A DNA stretch of 64,000 nucleotides from NCBI GenBank assembly GCA_027306585.1, contig DAHUZJ010000021.1, positions 3,564-67,563 of the forward strand, read 5' to 3'. A model generated the notes under the pieces. That model made no database searches and was not told the origin of the DNA. It worked only from the letters and a program-made list of their open reading frames with translations. How positions within the stretch are numbered: position 1 is the stretch's first letter; each line of letters starts with the position of its first letter. Positions 37,092 through 45,607 of this stretch are shown one piece after another. The stretch is from Acidimicrobiaceae bacterium. GTDB lineage: Bacteria > Actinomycetota > Acidimicrobiia > Acidimicrobiales > RAAP-2. The translations under genes and the position numbers were made by a program.

Positions 37092-39233
37092 TCACAGCGC
37101 GTCCCGCAGCGCCGCCAGCACGCGTGCCGGCCGGAGCGGGAGGTCCCGGACCCGCACCCCGGTTGCCTGGGCGACGGCGTTGGCGATGGCGCCACCGGTC
37201 GGACCGCACGTGGCCTCGCCGGCACCCATCGGCCGGTGTCCGGGTCGGTCGAGGAGGCGGGTCTCGACCGGCGGCACCTCCGAGAAGCGCAGGATGGGGT
37301 AGTCGTCCCAGCCCGTCGGCACCCCGTCGGCCTCCTCCTTCAACGTCCAGCTGGCGGCTTGGACGAACCCGCCCTCCAGCTGGTTCACCAGCCCGTCGGG
37401 ATCGACGACCTCGCCGGCGTCGGCGGCGATCCACCCGCGCCGGAGGGTGACGGCCCCGGTCCGTGCCGACACCTCGACCTCGGCCACCACGGCGGCGTAG
37501 GTCATGGAGTTCTCGTAGCGGGCGAAGCCCAGCCCCCGGCCGGGAGCGTCGTCGCCTCCCGGTGCGGCGAGCCCCCCGCACAGCTCGACGACGGCCTCGA
37601 CGACGGCCCGGGCACGCGGGTCGGCGAGGTGCCGCAGCCGCAGCTCGACCGGGTCCTGGCCGGAGGCGAGGGCCAGCTCGTCGAGGAAGGACTCGATGGC
37701 GAACACGTTGGCGAAGGCGCCGAGGCTGCGGAGGGCCGACGTCCGCAGCGCCGAGCCGTCGTCCACGTCGTGCTTGACCACGCGGCGGGCGCCGACGGCG
37801 TAGGCCGGGTCGGCGTTGCGGTGGCCGCCGATCTCGAACGACCGGCGAGGCGTCGCCCGTGCCCGGGGAACGGCCGGGTCGAGCGACCAGCTGGCGAGCA
37901 GGCGGGAGCCACCGCGCAGCGTGACCGGCCGGGTGCTGTGGGGGTAGGTGAGGATCTCCTGGTCCCAGGAGGTCACCGCGCCGGAGGAGTCGACACCGGC
38001 GGCGAGGTGCACGGCCATTGCGGGTCCCCGGGGCTCCCACGCGTGCTCGTCCTGGCGCGTCCACCGTACGGCGACGGGTGGCCCCGGGCGGGCGGTGGCG
38101 ACCAGGGCGGCGTCGAGGGCGACGTCGTCGGCACCGTTGTGCCCGTAGCAGCCCGGGCCGGCGACGTGCTGGACGGTCACCGCGGCGTCGTCCCATCCGA
38201 GGACGGCGGCGATCGCGTGCCGCAGCGGGCCGACGCCCTGGCTGTGCGTCCACACCGTGAGGTGCCCGTCCACGCACCGTGCGGCGGCCGCCGACGGGCC
38301 GATCGAGGCGTGGAGGAGGAACGGCTTGCGGTAGGTGGCGCGCACCACCGTCGCCGCGCCGACGAGGTCGAGGGGTGGCGGGGGCGGTCCGTCGACACCG
38401 GCACCGTCGACGATCGACATGGACTCGACGACGTGGCCCTCCATGTACCCGGGATCGGTGCTCTCGGGCGGCGGGGGGGCGCCGCCCGTCCAGGTGAGCC
38501 GGGACGCAAGGAGCTCGGCGGCCGCCTCGGCTGCCCACTCGGTGTCGGCGACCACGGCCACGAAGTGGCCCCGGCGCACGACCTCCGCCTCGCCCGCGAC
38601 GAGCGGGACATCGCCGGCGAGGGTGGCCCCGGGCCGCGGCGGCCGCACGACGCGCGCGACGCGCAGCTCGGGCAGCTGCAGGTCCTGGGCGAAGACGGGC
38701 TCGCCCCGGATCCGCTCTGCCAGGTCGACGCGGGGCATCCCGTGCCCGACCCAACGGCGCTCTTCCGGCGGCACCGTCGGGACGGGCGTCCGGACGAGCA
38801 GCGCGAACGGGCGTCCCGCCGCCAGCTCGGCGTACGACCGGGCCCTGCCGTCGGGGGCGACCACGTGCCCGTCCACGGCCCGCAGGTCGAAGGCGGGGAC
38901 CCCGAGCTCGTCGGCCGCCCGGGCCACCATGGCCGCCAGCGCGTGGGCGCACGCCTGGCGCACGGCGCCGCCGCTGTCCTCGATCGATCGGCTGCCGGAG
39001 GTGACGCCCTCATCGGGCGTGCCGTCGGTGCACGGCCCCTCGAGGACGATCCACGCCGGGTCGAGGTGCAGCTCCTCGGCGGCCAGCAGCACGAGCGCCG
39101 TGTGGATCCCCTGGCCGAGCTCGGCCTTGCCGGTGCGCACCACCACCCGGTTGTCCGCTTCGACCCGCACCCAGTCGTCGAGCGCAGGATGGTCGCGGAG
39201 GGACCCGAGCTGCCGGCGGAGGTCGTCGTCCAT
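37092..39233 (-). CDS. IorB-type molybdopterin-binding subunit of the xanthine dehydrogenase/aldehyde oxidase family
   Basis: 713 aa. WVRVEADNRVVVRTGKAELGQGIHTALVLLAAEEL is typical of the IorB N-terminus. The C-terminus has GAGEATCGPTGGAIANAV. No adjacent 2Fe-2S subunit gene. Confidence 0.75.
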   Translation of the reverse strand: MDDDLRRQLGSLRDHPALDDWVRVEADNRVVVRTGKAELGQGIHTALVLLAAEELHLDPAWIVLEGPCTDGTPDEGVTSGSRSIEDSGGAVRQACAHALAAMVARAADELGVPAFDLRAVDGHVVAPDGRARSYAELAAGRPFALLVRTPVPTVPPEERRWVGHGMPRVDLAERIRGEPVFAQDLQLPELRVARVVRPPRPGATLAGDVPLVAGEAEVVRRGHFVAVVADTEWAAEAAAELLASRLTWTGGAPPPPESTDPGYMEGHVVESMSIVDGAGVDGPPPPPLDLVGAATVVRATYRKPFLLHASIGPSAAAARCVDGHLTVWTHSQGVGPLRHAIAAVLGWDDAAVTVQHVAGPGCYGHNGADDVALDAALVATARPGPPVAVRWTRQDEHAWEPRGPAMAVHLAAGVDSSGAVTSWDQEILTYPHSTRPVTLRGGSRLLASWSLDPAVPRARATPRRSFEIGGHRNADPAYAVGARRVVKHDVDDGSALRTSALRSLGAFANVFAIESFLDELALASGQDPVELRLRHLADPRARAVVEAVVELCGGLAAPGGDDAPGRGLGFARYENSMTYAAVVAEVEVSARTGAVTLRRGWIAADAGEVVDPDGLVNQLEGGFVQAASWTLKEEADGVPTGWDDYPILRFSEVPPVETRLLDRPGHRPMGAGEATCGPTGGAIANAVAQATGVRVRDLPLRPARVLAALRDAL

Positions 39234-39238
39234 GGCCG

Positions 39239-40228
39239 TCAGGCCACCGGCCAGGGGTCGACGAAGACGTCTTCGACCTCTTGGCGCCCAGCCCCTCCGC
39301 CGAGCAGGAGGGCGAGCAGCAGCCGCGCCTTGCGGGCTTCGAGCAGGCCGCCGTTCAGCACCCCGCGCGCGGCCAGGTCGCGCTCGGACCCGGCGAACCC
39401 GTAGGTCGAGCGGAGCACCTCGCCGGCTCGGGTGGTCGTGGTCACCACCACCGGCACACGGCGAGCAGCAGCGCCCACGGCCTCGAGGGTGGTGGCCGGC
39501 ACGTGGCCGCCGCCCAGCGCGTCGACGACGACGCCCTCCGCTCCCCCTTCCACGGCTGCCGTCACCAGCTGCCCGTCGTCGCCGACGGGCAGCGCCACCA
39601 GCGCCACCCTGGCAGTCCTCGCAGGGATCGGGAGCTGCCGCCGACCGAGCGGCCGGAGCACCAGGCGCGGACGGCCCTCCGCCACCCAGCCCAGCGCGCC
39701 GGGGTACGAGGTGAAGGCCGCCGGGCTCTGGCTGTGGCGCTTGGCCACGAAGCGGGCAGCGTGGACCTCGTCGTTGAGGACGACCAGCGTGCCGAGGCCG
39801 CGGGCCGGACCGTGAGCCGCCACAGCGACGGCGGCCAGGAGGTTGGCCGGGCCGTCCGCCCCCGCCAGGGTCGGGTTGCGCATGGCACCCGTGACCACCA
39901 CCGGGGACGGGTCACCGACCAGCAGGTCGAGGACGAAGGCCGTGTCCTCGATGGTGTCCGTGCCCTGGGTGACGACGACGCCGTCGGCCCCGTCCGAGAG
40001 GGTCTCGTCGACCGTGCCTGCCAGCGCGACCAGGTCGTCCAGGCCGAGGTGGGCGCCGGGCACCTGCGCGACCGTGCGCACGTCCACGTCGGCGACGGCA
40101 TCGAGGCCCGGTACGGCGGCGACCAGGTCGTGGGCGGTGAGCGCCGGCGCGACGCCCCCGGTGGCGGCCGGCACGCTGGCGATGGTGCCGCCGAGACCGA
40201 GCACGGTGACCCGGGGCCGGTCGCTCAC
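39239..40228 (-). CDS. L-asparaginase (type I-like)
   Basis: VTVLGLGGTIAS carries the catalytic Thr, followed by VVTQGTDTIEDTA and VVTGAMR. The GTG start at 40228 overlaps the upstream stop (GTGA). Confidence 0.85.
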   Translation of the reverse strand: MSDRPRVTVLGLGGTIASVPAATGGVAPALTAHDLVAAVPGLDAVADVDVRTVAQVPGAHLGLDDLVALAGTVDETLSDGADGVVVTQGTDTIEDTAFVLDLLVGDPSPVVVTGAMRNPTLAGADGPANLLAAVAVAAHGPARGLGTLVVLNDEVHAARFVAKRHSQSPAAFTSYPGALGWVAEGRPRLVLRPLGRRQLPIPARTARVALVALPVGDDGQLVTAAVEGGAEGVVVDALGGGHVPATTLEAVGAAARRVPVVVTTTTRAGEVLRSTYGFAGSERDLAARGVLNGGLLEARKARLLLALLLGGGAGRQEVEDVFVDPWPVA

Positions 40229-41583
40229 CTCGCCCCCGGCCCGGCGAGGAAGCGACCGGACCGCTCGCCATCGAGCAGCTGCCCGTCCTGGGCGACGAGC
40301 CGCCCCCCGAGGACGGTCGCCACCACCCGGCCGCGGACCTGGCGGCCGGCGTAGGGCGTCCAGCCGGCCTTGGAGTGGACCGTTGCGTCGTCGAGGGTCC
40401 AGGTGACGTCGGGGTCCACGACGGCGAGATCGGCTGCCCGGCCCTCGGCGACGTCGCCTTTCCCCGCCAGGCGGTAGCGGCGGGCGGGCGCCGTCGCATA
40501 GGCGGTCACGACGCGCTCGAGGGAGGTCCGGCCGCGGAGCGCGGCGTCGATCATCAGCGGGGTGGTGCTGTCGAGGCCGGGCAGGCCGAAGTGGGCGTCC
40601 CAGATCGAGTGCGCCGCCTTGTGGTCGCGGCTGGCCGGCGCGTGATCGGTGGAGAGGTGGTGCACCATCCCGGTGTTGAAGGCTGCCCACATCCGGTCTG
40701 CCTCGTCGTCGCTGCGGATGCGGGCCGGCGGGGTGAACTTGCGGAAGGGACCGAGGTTGGCCACCTCCTCCTCCCGCAGGAGCAGGTACTGCGGGCACGT
40801 CTCGGCGGCGACGGGGGCTCCCCGCTTGGCCTGGTCCGCCACCGCGTCGAGCACGTCGGGCGTGGAGGCGTGCGCCACGGTGACCCGGGCGCCGGCGAGG
40901 CGGGCGAGCAAGGCCACCGTGGTCACGGCCACCTCCTCGGCCGCCCGGGACCGCCACTCGGGCACGATCCATCCATCGGTCCTCCCGGCCGCCCGCAGCC
41001 GGGCCTCGGCCGCCGCCGTGATGGCGTTGTCCTCGCAGTGCACGAGGCAGGTGCCGTCCACGGCGGCGAGGCCGTCGAAGGCGTCGAGGAGGAGGTCGGC
41101 ACCGAGGGCCGGGATGCCGTGGGTGTCGCAGGTGAAGATCTTGAAGAACGTGACCCCGGCCGCCCACAGGGGTGCGAGCTGGTCGAGGTGCTCCGGCCAC
41201 AGGTGCGCGGCCAGCCCGTAGTCGACGTACGACCGGCCCTCGAGGTGCGCCACCTTCTCCCGCAGCCGTTCGACCGTCGTGACGGGCCAGCCGTGGGTGT
41301 GCTCGACGATCGTGGTGACGCCCTGGAGCGCCGCCGCGCCCGAACCGGTGGGGAAGTCCTCGCGTGCCTCGTCGCCGGGGTCCATGAGGTGGACATGGGA
41401 GTCGACCATTCCCGGCAGCACGTAGTGGCCGCTGGCATCCACGACCTGGCGGGCGTCGAGGCCGGGAGCCCCGGCGGCCCGCAAGGCGGCGATCCGCCCG
41501 CCGGCCGCGTACACGTCCAGTCGTGCCCGGCCGCGGGCCGTCACGACGGTCCCACCACGCACTGCGAGGTCGAAGACGGTCAT
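40225..41583 (-). CDS. cyclic amidohydrolase (allantoinase/dihydropyrimidinase/dihydroorotase-like)
   Basis: Metal ligands DSHVHL, FFKIF (candidate carbamylated Lys), VHCED, AHAST and STDHAP. 452 aa from ATG 41583. Confidence 0.8.
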   Translation of the reverse strand: MTVFDLAVRGGTVVTARGRARLDVYAAGGRIAALRAAGAPGLDARQVVDASGHYVLPGMVDSHVHLMDPGDEAREDFPTGSGAAALQGVTTIVEHTHGWPVTTVERLREKVAHLEGRSYVDYGLAAHLWPEHLDQLAPLWAAGVTFFKIFTCDTHGIPALGADLLLDAFDGLAAVDGTCLVHCEDNAITAAAEARLRAAGRTDGWIVPEWRSRAAEEVAVTTVALLARLAGARVTVAHASTPDVLDAVADQAKRGAPVAAETCPQYLLLREEEVANLGPFRKFTPPARIRSDDEADRMWAAFNTGMVHHLSTDHAPASRDHKAAHSIWDAHFGLPGLDSTTPLMIDAALRGRTSLERVVTAYATAPARRYRLAGKGDVAEGRAADLAVVDPDVTWTLDDATVHSKAGWTPYAGRQVRGRVVATVLGGRLVAQDGQLLDGERSGRFLAGPGAR

Positions 41584-41833
41584 GTCGCCGACGGTACCAA
41601 ACGGGCCGGCTGCCGCCTCGGGTTGGCAACGCGCGTGTTCACTGGCCGGTCCGAGCGGCCCCGCCGGCCGCCGCATGCCCACGGAGATGGACGCCGTCGT
41701 GGGGGTGGACCGCCGTGGGGCGCCGTCGTACGCCGCCGAGCTGCTGGTGGACCCGGTGCCGGCGGGACCGTCGGCCTTCACCTGGGCCCACGAGCAGCCC
41801 TACCTTCGCTCGTAGCCGGTCACGGTCGGGCCG

Positions 41834-42424
41834 TCAACGCTCGCCCGCTCCGATCCACTGCTCTCCCACCACCGGCTCGGCGGCGGACAAGAGGGCGAGA
41901 GCCTCCTCGGGCGACTCGGCGAGCTGGACGAGGCGGCGGTTCACCGGCCTCAGGAGCCCGGCGGCCGCCATGCGGTCGAGGAGGAGCACCAGTGGCGCCC
42001 AGAAGCCGGCCACGTCCAGCAGCACCAGGGGCTTGGCGTGGATCCCGAGCTGGGACCAGGTCGCCGCCTCGGCCAGCTCCTCCAGGGTCCCGAGCCCGCC
42101 CGGGAGCGCGACGAAGGCGTCGGCTCGGTCGTACATCGCCTGCTTGCGCTCGTGCATCGAGCCGACCTCGAGGAGCTCGGTGACCCCGGTGTGCCCCACC
42201 TCCCGACGCAGGAGGCCCACGGGGATGACCCCCGTCACCTGGCCGCCGGCGGCCAGGGCGGCGTCGGCCACGGCGCCCATGAGGCCGGCGCGCCCGCCCC
42301 CGTACACCAGCCCGATGCCGCGCTGGGCGAGGAGCGACCCCAGGGCCCGGGCCGCCGCGACGTAGCGCCCGTCGCCGGGCGTGGACGAACCGCAGAAGAC
42401 GCAGACGGTACGGAGGGCGACCAT
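41834..42424 (-). CDS. LOG family protein (TIGR00730-type nucleotide phosphoribohydrolase)
   Basis: VCVFCGSS, LVYGGGRAGLMGAVA and PGGLGTLEE motifs. 196 aa. Confidence 0.9.
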   Translation of the reverse strand: MVALRTVCVFCGSSTPGDGRYVAAARALGSLLAQRGIGLVYGGGRAGLMGAVADAALAAGGQVTGVIPVGLLRREVGHTGVTELLEVGSMHERKQAMYDRADAFVALPGGLGTLEELAEAATWSQLGIHAKPLVLLDVAGFWAPLVLLLDRMAAAGLLRPVNRRLVQLAESPEEALALLSAAEPVVGEQWIGAGER

Positions 42425-42433
42425 CGGCGCAAG

Positions 42434-43573
42434 CTAACCAGTCCCGCGCCGGCCGTGCGAGGGCCCCGAGCCGGGTGCGGCGGCCGGGCGTGGCGCGGTC
42501 ACCGGCGATGGACGGGCCGACATGGTGATGAAGTCGCGGGCCCACGCGGGCTCGAAGAACGTGCCCGGGCCCTGGACGGTTGTGGCCACCAGCTTGCCGC
42601 CGTTCGCCGGTGTGGCCAGGCCGCCGGGCGTGGGCGGGTCGTAGGTGACGAAGACGTCCCAGTCGGGGTTGATGTCGAGCTGCATGCCCTCCACCGCGCC
42701 CGCCCGGACCAGGAGGTCGGCGAGCTGGAGCGGCGACAGGCCTGGTCCGGTGGCGTAGACGAGCGCCCCGTCGGCCGTCGTCCCCACACCCGAGCGCCAC
42801 TGGTGCTCCACCCCGGGCGTTGTCGCTGTGCAGGCGGTGGCCCCGCAGGTGTTGCCCCAGGCCTGCCAGTCGGCGCTCGCCGCGGTCGGGGTGGGCTGGC
42901 CGCCCGCGACGAGCGGGACGAGGTTCTGGCGCACCGCCACCACGTCGGGCGTCATCGACACTGTCGCGTCCCAGGCCCCGATCCGGACCGACCCGTTGCT
43001 GTCGATGACGAGCGACGCCGCCCCTGGGACGAGCGGATCGATCAAGCGGCTTGTCGTGTAGTAGCCGCCCTGGGCTGTCTTCATCTGGAAGCCGCCGTTG
43101 AACACCGCCACGACCGATGCCGCCTGCGCAGGCTGGATCGGCGCGGTGTAGGGGTACGGGCCGCCGCCAGGGCTGAGCGAGCCCGAGTACAGGCGGGCGG
43201 ACAGCAGGTTCGAGTCCATCCAGGCGATCCCTGCCGGCTGTGTCCCGCCCGGTGGCACGAGATGCGTCTCCTCCACGGCGGCGGTGCCGTCGACGACGCG
43301 CCCGGCCGGGGTCCAGGATCCCGCGCCCGCCACGACCGGGGCTGTGGAGAAGGGCACAAGGGGGTGCGGCGGTGCCAGCGGCCGGGCGGTGGTCGCCGCC
43401 CGCCGGCTCGCCGCGGTCGCGTGGCCCGCGGACGTGGGCGAGGCGTGGCGCTTCGACGATGCGGGCGCGGCCGACGACGGGCCGCCGCAGGCGGCCAGGA
43501 CGACGGAGAGGCCGAGGAGGGCGGTGGCCACGAGGACGGCGGGCGCTGGGCGGCGGCGGGGAGGTGCGTGCAT
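42434..43573 (-). CDS. lipoprotein with a phosphodiester glycosidase (DUF2233-like) domain
   Basis: Lipobox LSVVLAAC. VFNGGFQ, SGVGTTADGALVYA and GMQLDINPDW resemble DUF2233. Confidence 0.6.
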   Translation of the reverse strand: MHAPPRRRPAPAVLVATALLGLSVVLAACGGPSSAAPASSKRHASPTSAGHATAASRRAATTARPLAPPHPLVPFSTAPVVAGAGSWTPAGRVVDGTAAVEETHLVPPGGTQPAGIAWMDSNLLSARLYSGSLSPGGGPYPYTAPIQPAQAASVVAVFNGGFQMKTAQGGYYTTSRLIDPLVPGAASLVIDSNGSVRIGAWDATVSMTPDVVAVRQNLVPLVAGGQPTPTAASADWQAWGNTCGATACTATTPGVEHQWRSGVGTTADGALVYATGPGLSPLQLADLLVRAGAVEGMQLDINPDWDVFVTYDPPTPGGLATPANGGKLVATTVQGPGTFFEPAWARDFITMSARPSPVTAPRPAAAPGSGPSHGRRGTG

Positions 43574-43640
43574 CGCCTCTCAGGGTAGGGAGCGGCGCCC
43601 CGCGGCCGTGAGCGCCCGAGGCGGACTGCTGAGCCGGTGC

Positions 43641-44597
43641 TCAGGTGCGGGCGGGCGCCTGGGGCGTCCGCCGGACGGTCGTGCGGGGCTCTTTGGTGGA
43701 GGCAACCCCGGCTCGGAAGATCCCCAACCGCTCGTAGAACCCTCCGGCCAGTAGCGCGGCGCCCGACACCGCGGCGGCCAGCCGGCTGCGCCGGCCGAGG
43801 AGCATGGAGAGCAGCACCCCACCCGCCGTGAGGCCGCGAGCCCGGGTCAGGCACCGCCGGGCGTCACCGGTGAGGTAGGCCTCGACGGAGGGGGAGCGGC
43901 GCCTTTCGAGCTGACGTGAGGCCACCAGCTCGACGAGCGCCCCGTACTGGGCGAGCCGTCGTGCCGGGGCCGCCTCCTCGGGCGGCGCGACCAGCATGCC
44001 GAGGCCACCGGCACTGGCGGCGGCGCTGGCGGAGAACACGAAGGGGAGGAGGTCCCGCCCTTCGTTCCACGCCGGTACCGCCGTGTCGGCGATGAGCACC
44101 GCCGTGTAGGCGGCGACGGCGGGTGCCGCCAGGGCGGCGGCTACGCCGGCCGGACGGGCAGCCGTGTCCACGAGCCGGCCGAGGGTGGTCCGGCGCCACC
44201 GGCGCGGCAGCACCTCGGCGAGGGCCGCCGTCCCCGCCAACGGGGCGTAGGCGGTGAGGAGCCACGTCCCGACGCTCATGGGGGAGGTCGGCTTGGCCAC
44301 CCGCAACATGTGGTGGAACCGGTCCGGCCGCCCGAGGTCCCGGACGAGGAAGATCGCTCCCAGGCCGATCGCGCCCACGGCGCCGAGCCGCGTGCCCCGG
44401 CGGAGACGGAGGCGGCCCGTCTGGTCGGCACCGGCGGCCAGCAGGCTCGCCCCGGCCGCCAGACCCCCGAGGAAGAAGTAGTAGGCGATGTCCTCCTTCC
44501 ACACCGGTGGCTTGAGCACGGGCCGTCCGTAGTAGGTGTCGACCTCGGCCGGCGGGACCATGGCCGCCTCCCGCGAGCCGTCGCCGGACCAGCTCAT
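43641..44597 (-). CDS. NrfD/PsrC-like membrane anchor subunit of the formate dehydrogenase operon
   Basis: YYGRPVLKPPVWKEDIAYYFFLGGLAAGASLL is typical of the NrfD family, with about 8 TM helices. Its ATG overlaps the fdhB stop (ATGA). Confidence 0.8.
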   Translation of the reverse strand: MSWSGDGSREAAMVPPAEVDTYYGRPVLKPPVWKEDIAYYFFLGGLAAGASLLAAGADQTGRLRLRRGTRLGAVGAIGLGAIFLVRDLGRPDRFHHMLRVAKPTSPMSVGTWLLTAYAPLAGTAALAEVLPRRWRRTTLGRLVDTAARPAGVAAALAAPAVAAYTAVLIADTAVPAWNEGRDLLPFVFSASAAASAGGLGMLVAPPEEAAPARRLAQYGALVELVASRQLERRRSPSVEAYLTGDARRCLTRARGLTAGGVLLSMLLGRRSRLAAAVSGAALLAGGFYERLGIFRAGVASTKEPRTTVRRTPQAPART

Positions 44598-45607
44598 CGC
44601 CGGCCCTCCACGAACACCGAGAAGGCGGCGGCCGCGAGGGCCAGGGCGGCCACGCCGGCCGCCTTCCACATGCGCCCCAGGTCGCGGGTCGGGACCACCG
44701 GGTCGGGGGGCAACCCGTAGACCTCGGGCTCGTCCAGGAGGAGGAAGAAGGCACCGCACCCCCCGACGCCGTCATCGGGGTCGTCGCCGTACAGGCGGGC
44801 TTCGGTGGCGCCGAGCGCGTGGAGCTGCGCCACCCGTCCCCGGGCCCGGTCGCGCAGCTCGTCGAGCGTGCCGAACTGGATGGAGTCGGTCGGGCACGCC
44901 TTTGCGCACGCCGGTTCGAGCCCGTCGCGCAGGCGGTCGTAGCAGAGCGTGCACTTGTGGGCCTGGCCGTCCGTCGGCCGACGGTCGATCACGCCGAAGG
45001 GGCAGCCCGACACGCAGTACCCGCAACCGTTGCAGATATCGTCCTGGACGACCACGGTGCCGAACTCGGTGCGGAAGAGGGCGCCGGTCGGGCAGACGTC
45101 GAGACAGCCGGCGTGGGTGCAGTGCTTGCAGACGTCGGACAGCATGAGCCAGCGGAAGTCCATCCGGTCGGCGCCGCCGGGCGGTGGCGGGCCGCCCCCG
45201 GGGACGCCGGGGTCGAGCGGGGCCGTGCCGAGCTCGCCCCCGCCCCGCTCGGCCTGTCGCAGGCGCCCGGCCACCACCCCGGCGGCGTAGCTCGTCGAGG
45301 ACGGGCCCACGGGCAGACCGGCCACGCCGCCATCCTGGCGGCCGAGCCGCCGGGGCTGCTCGACGAAGGCGACGTGCCGCCACGAGTCGGCGCCGAGCAT
45401 GCCGGTGTTGTCGAGCGACATGCCGAGGAGGTTGAACCCGTCCTCCGGCACCGCGTTCCACTCCTTGCAGGCCACCTCGCACGCTTTGCAGCCGATGCAG
45501 ACGGACGTGTCCGTGAAGAACCCGACCCGAGGGGGATGGCCGACGTGGCCCGCCTGGGTGGCCACGTCGTCGACCGGTCCGTACAGGGGATGCGTCCCGA
45601 GGGTCAT
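44594..45607 (-). CDS. fdhB: formate dehydrogenase iron-sulfur (beta) subunit with a C-terminal TM anchor
   Basis: Four Cys clusters: CIGCKACEVAC, CKHCTHAGCLDVC, CNGCGYCVSGC and CTLC..EPACAKAC. Tail helix AAGVAALALAAAAFSVFV. ATG 45607 has a GGAGGA RBS and overlaps the fdhA stop. Confidence 0.9.
   Translation of the reverse strand: MTLGTHPLYGPVDDVATQAGHVGHPPRVGFFTDTSVCIGCKACEVACKEWNAVPEDGFNLLGMSLDNTGMLGADSWRHVAFVEQPRRLGRQDGGVAGLPVGPSSTSYAAGVVAGRLRQAERGGGELGTAPLDPGVPGGGPPPPGGADRMDFRWLMLSDVCKHCTHAGCLDVCPTGALFRTEFGTVVVQDDICNGCGYCVSGCPFGVIDRRPTDGQAHKCTLCYDRLRDGLEPACAKACPTDSIQFGTLDELRDRARGRVAQLHALGATEARLYGDDPDDGVGGCGAFFLLLDEPEVYGLPPDPVVPTRDLGRMWKAAGVAALALAAAAFSVFVEGRR

Noticed and set aside
35799-39404. 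1201-aa plus-strand ORF across the PHP, DksA and IorB genes (similar cases: 40375..42183 and 45709..48696 on the plus strand, 37030..38952 on the minus strand)
   Set aside because: They are antisense to well-supported minus-strand genes, have extreme Arg/Gly/Pro composition, and have no recognisable domains.
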